Shown here: positions 16,012 to 16,829 of the stretch, piece by piece
Layout of the letters: each line of letters starts with the position of its first letter
How positions within the stretch are numbered: the first letter of the stretch is position 1
Origin: Candidatus Sumerlaeales bacterium
Lineage (GTDB): Bacteria > Sumerlaeota > Sumerlaeia > Sumerlaeales > Sumerlaeaceae
Assembly (NCBI GenBank): GCA_038243585.1
Contig: JBBSQY010000062.1
Coordinates: 1-16,829, forward strand
DNA: 16,829 bases
Direction of reading: 5' to 3'
The notes under the pieces: generated by a model
Seen by the model: only the letters and a program-made list of their open reading frames with translations
What the model was told of the DNA's origin: nothing
Database searches by the model: none
Made by a program: the position numbers and the translations under genes

Positions 16012-16829
16012 TTGACCGTTCTCTACCCTGAAGCGCTTCTGGTTGGTCTCCTGCTTGTTGTTCTTTACTGGCGGTTTGTCCGAAACAAAAATATCTGGCG
16101 CACCGCTATGGTTGCACTTGTTGTTTTGCTGCTCGCATACCCGTCGCTGGAGGTCCGTTCCCGGAGTCTTGACCTGTTCGTGGTGCTTGACCGGAGCCGG
16201 TCTGTATCGGCGGAAGGAATTGCGAAAGAGTCTGAACTGCTGGAGTTGGTAAGCGACAAGCTTTTGCCTGGCGACCGTGTCTCTGTAGTCACGTTTACGG
16301 AAAAGGCCTATGTGGAACAAGCTCCGTCAGCTGGCCCGGCGGAGCGAGAGATGACCATCCCGTTCAGCCCTGATGGATCCGACCTGGCCGACGGCCTGGC
16401 GACGGCGCTCGCCATGGTTTCGGATGAGCGCCAGTCGCGCATTCTCCTGCTGAGCGACGGCGAATATACCGGTCAGGATCCGACGCAGCAGGCGCAGGCC
16501 GCGCGTCAGAGAAATGTGCCAATCCATGTCCGGGATCTGAAACGTCTGGACGTACGAAACCTTTTCGTGTCCGGGGCTGATACGGATGAAAAACTATTGG
16601 CGAACGAACCGTTCCGGGTTATCTTTCGCGTCAATTCCACCGTGGACATGCCGGGGCACTACCGGGTGTATCGTGACGGAAAAATCGTCGGCGATGGCGA
16701 GGCCAGCGGGTGGCGCGCATACAATTTTCGCGCGGGAGAAAACCGCATCGCGTTTTCTGACAGCGTAGCCGTCAGCGGGATCCACGGGTATCGCCTCGAA
16801 GTGGAAACCACTCCGGCGAATCTGGAAAA
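16012..16829 (+). CDS. Membrane-anchored vWA domain protein (runs off the right edge of the window)
   Basis: Absent from the ORF track; translated by hand. TTG at 16012 has a GGGAG SD and an in-frame stop upstream at 15991. It reads MTVLYPEALLVGLLLVVLYWRF...AMVALVVLLLAYP (two TMs), MIDAS VVLDRSRSV, GDRVSVVTF, SDLADGLATA, RILLLSDG. Confidence 0.9.
   Translation, partial: MTVLYPEALLVGLLLVVLYWRFVRNKNIWRTAMVALVVLLLAYPSLEVRSRSLDLFVVLDRSRSVSAEGIAKESELLELVSDKLLPGDRVSVVTFTEKAYVEQAPSAGPAEREMTIPFSPDGSDLADGLATALAMVSDERQSRILLLSDGEYTGQDPTQQAQAARQRNVPIHVRDLKRLDVRNLFVSGADTDEKLLANEPFRVIFRVNSTVDMPGHYRVYRDGKIVGDGEASGWRAYNFRAGENRIAFSDSVAVSGIHGYRLEVETTPANLE

Noticed and set aside
15814..16320. 168-aa minus-strand ORF next to tnpA as a possible tnpB or passenger gene
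   Set aside because: It is antisense to the vWA gene, runs through the right palindromic repeat and has no recognisable motifs.

Overview
Bacterial chromosomal window with two divergent halves. The left half (minus strand, 1-6723) carries an M32 carboxypeptidase that runs off the left edge, a secreted GHL10/DUF187-like glycosyl hydrolase ending in a short '...GIDEWTLY' tail, and a secreted EEP-family phosphoesterase. It also carries a secreted unknown protein with 17 in-register xxGETP hexapeptides (with a candidate sigma-54 promoter and its own terminator), a 60-aa membrane peptide and ruvC. The right half (plus strand, 6862 to the end) is a translationally coupled operon: MoxR AAA+ ATPase, membrane protein, ABC ATPase, ABC permease, DUF58, BatA-vWA and a second vWA gene. 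Its second gene is broken by a single in-frame TAA. A solo HUH/Y1 transposase (IS200/RAYT-like), bracketed by ~86-bp inverted repeats built from REP-like hairpins, sits in opposite orientation between the two vWA genes. No rRNA, tRNA or CRISPR array was seen. The C-terminal tail of the glycosyl hydrolase tentatively suggests Candidatus Sumerlaeota (BRC1); this is a recollection, not a verified result.
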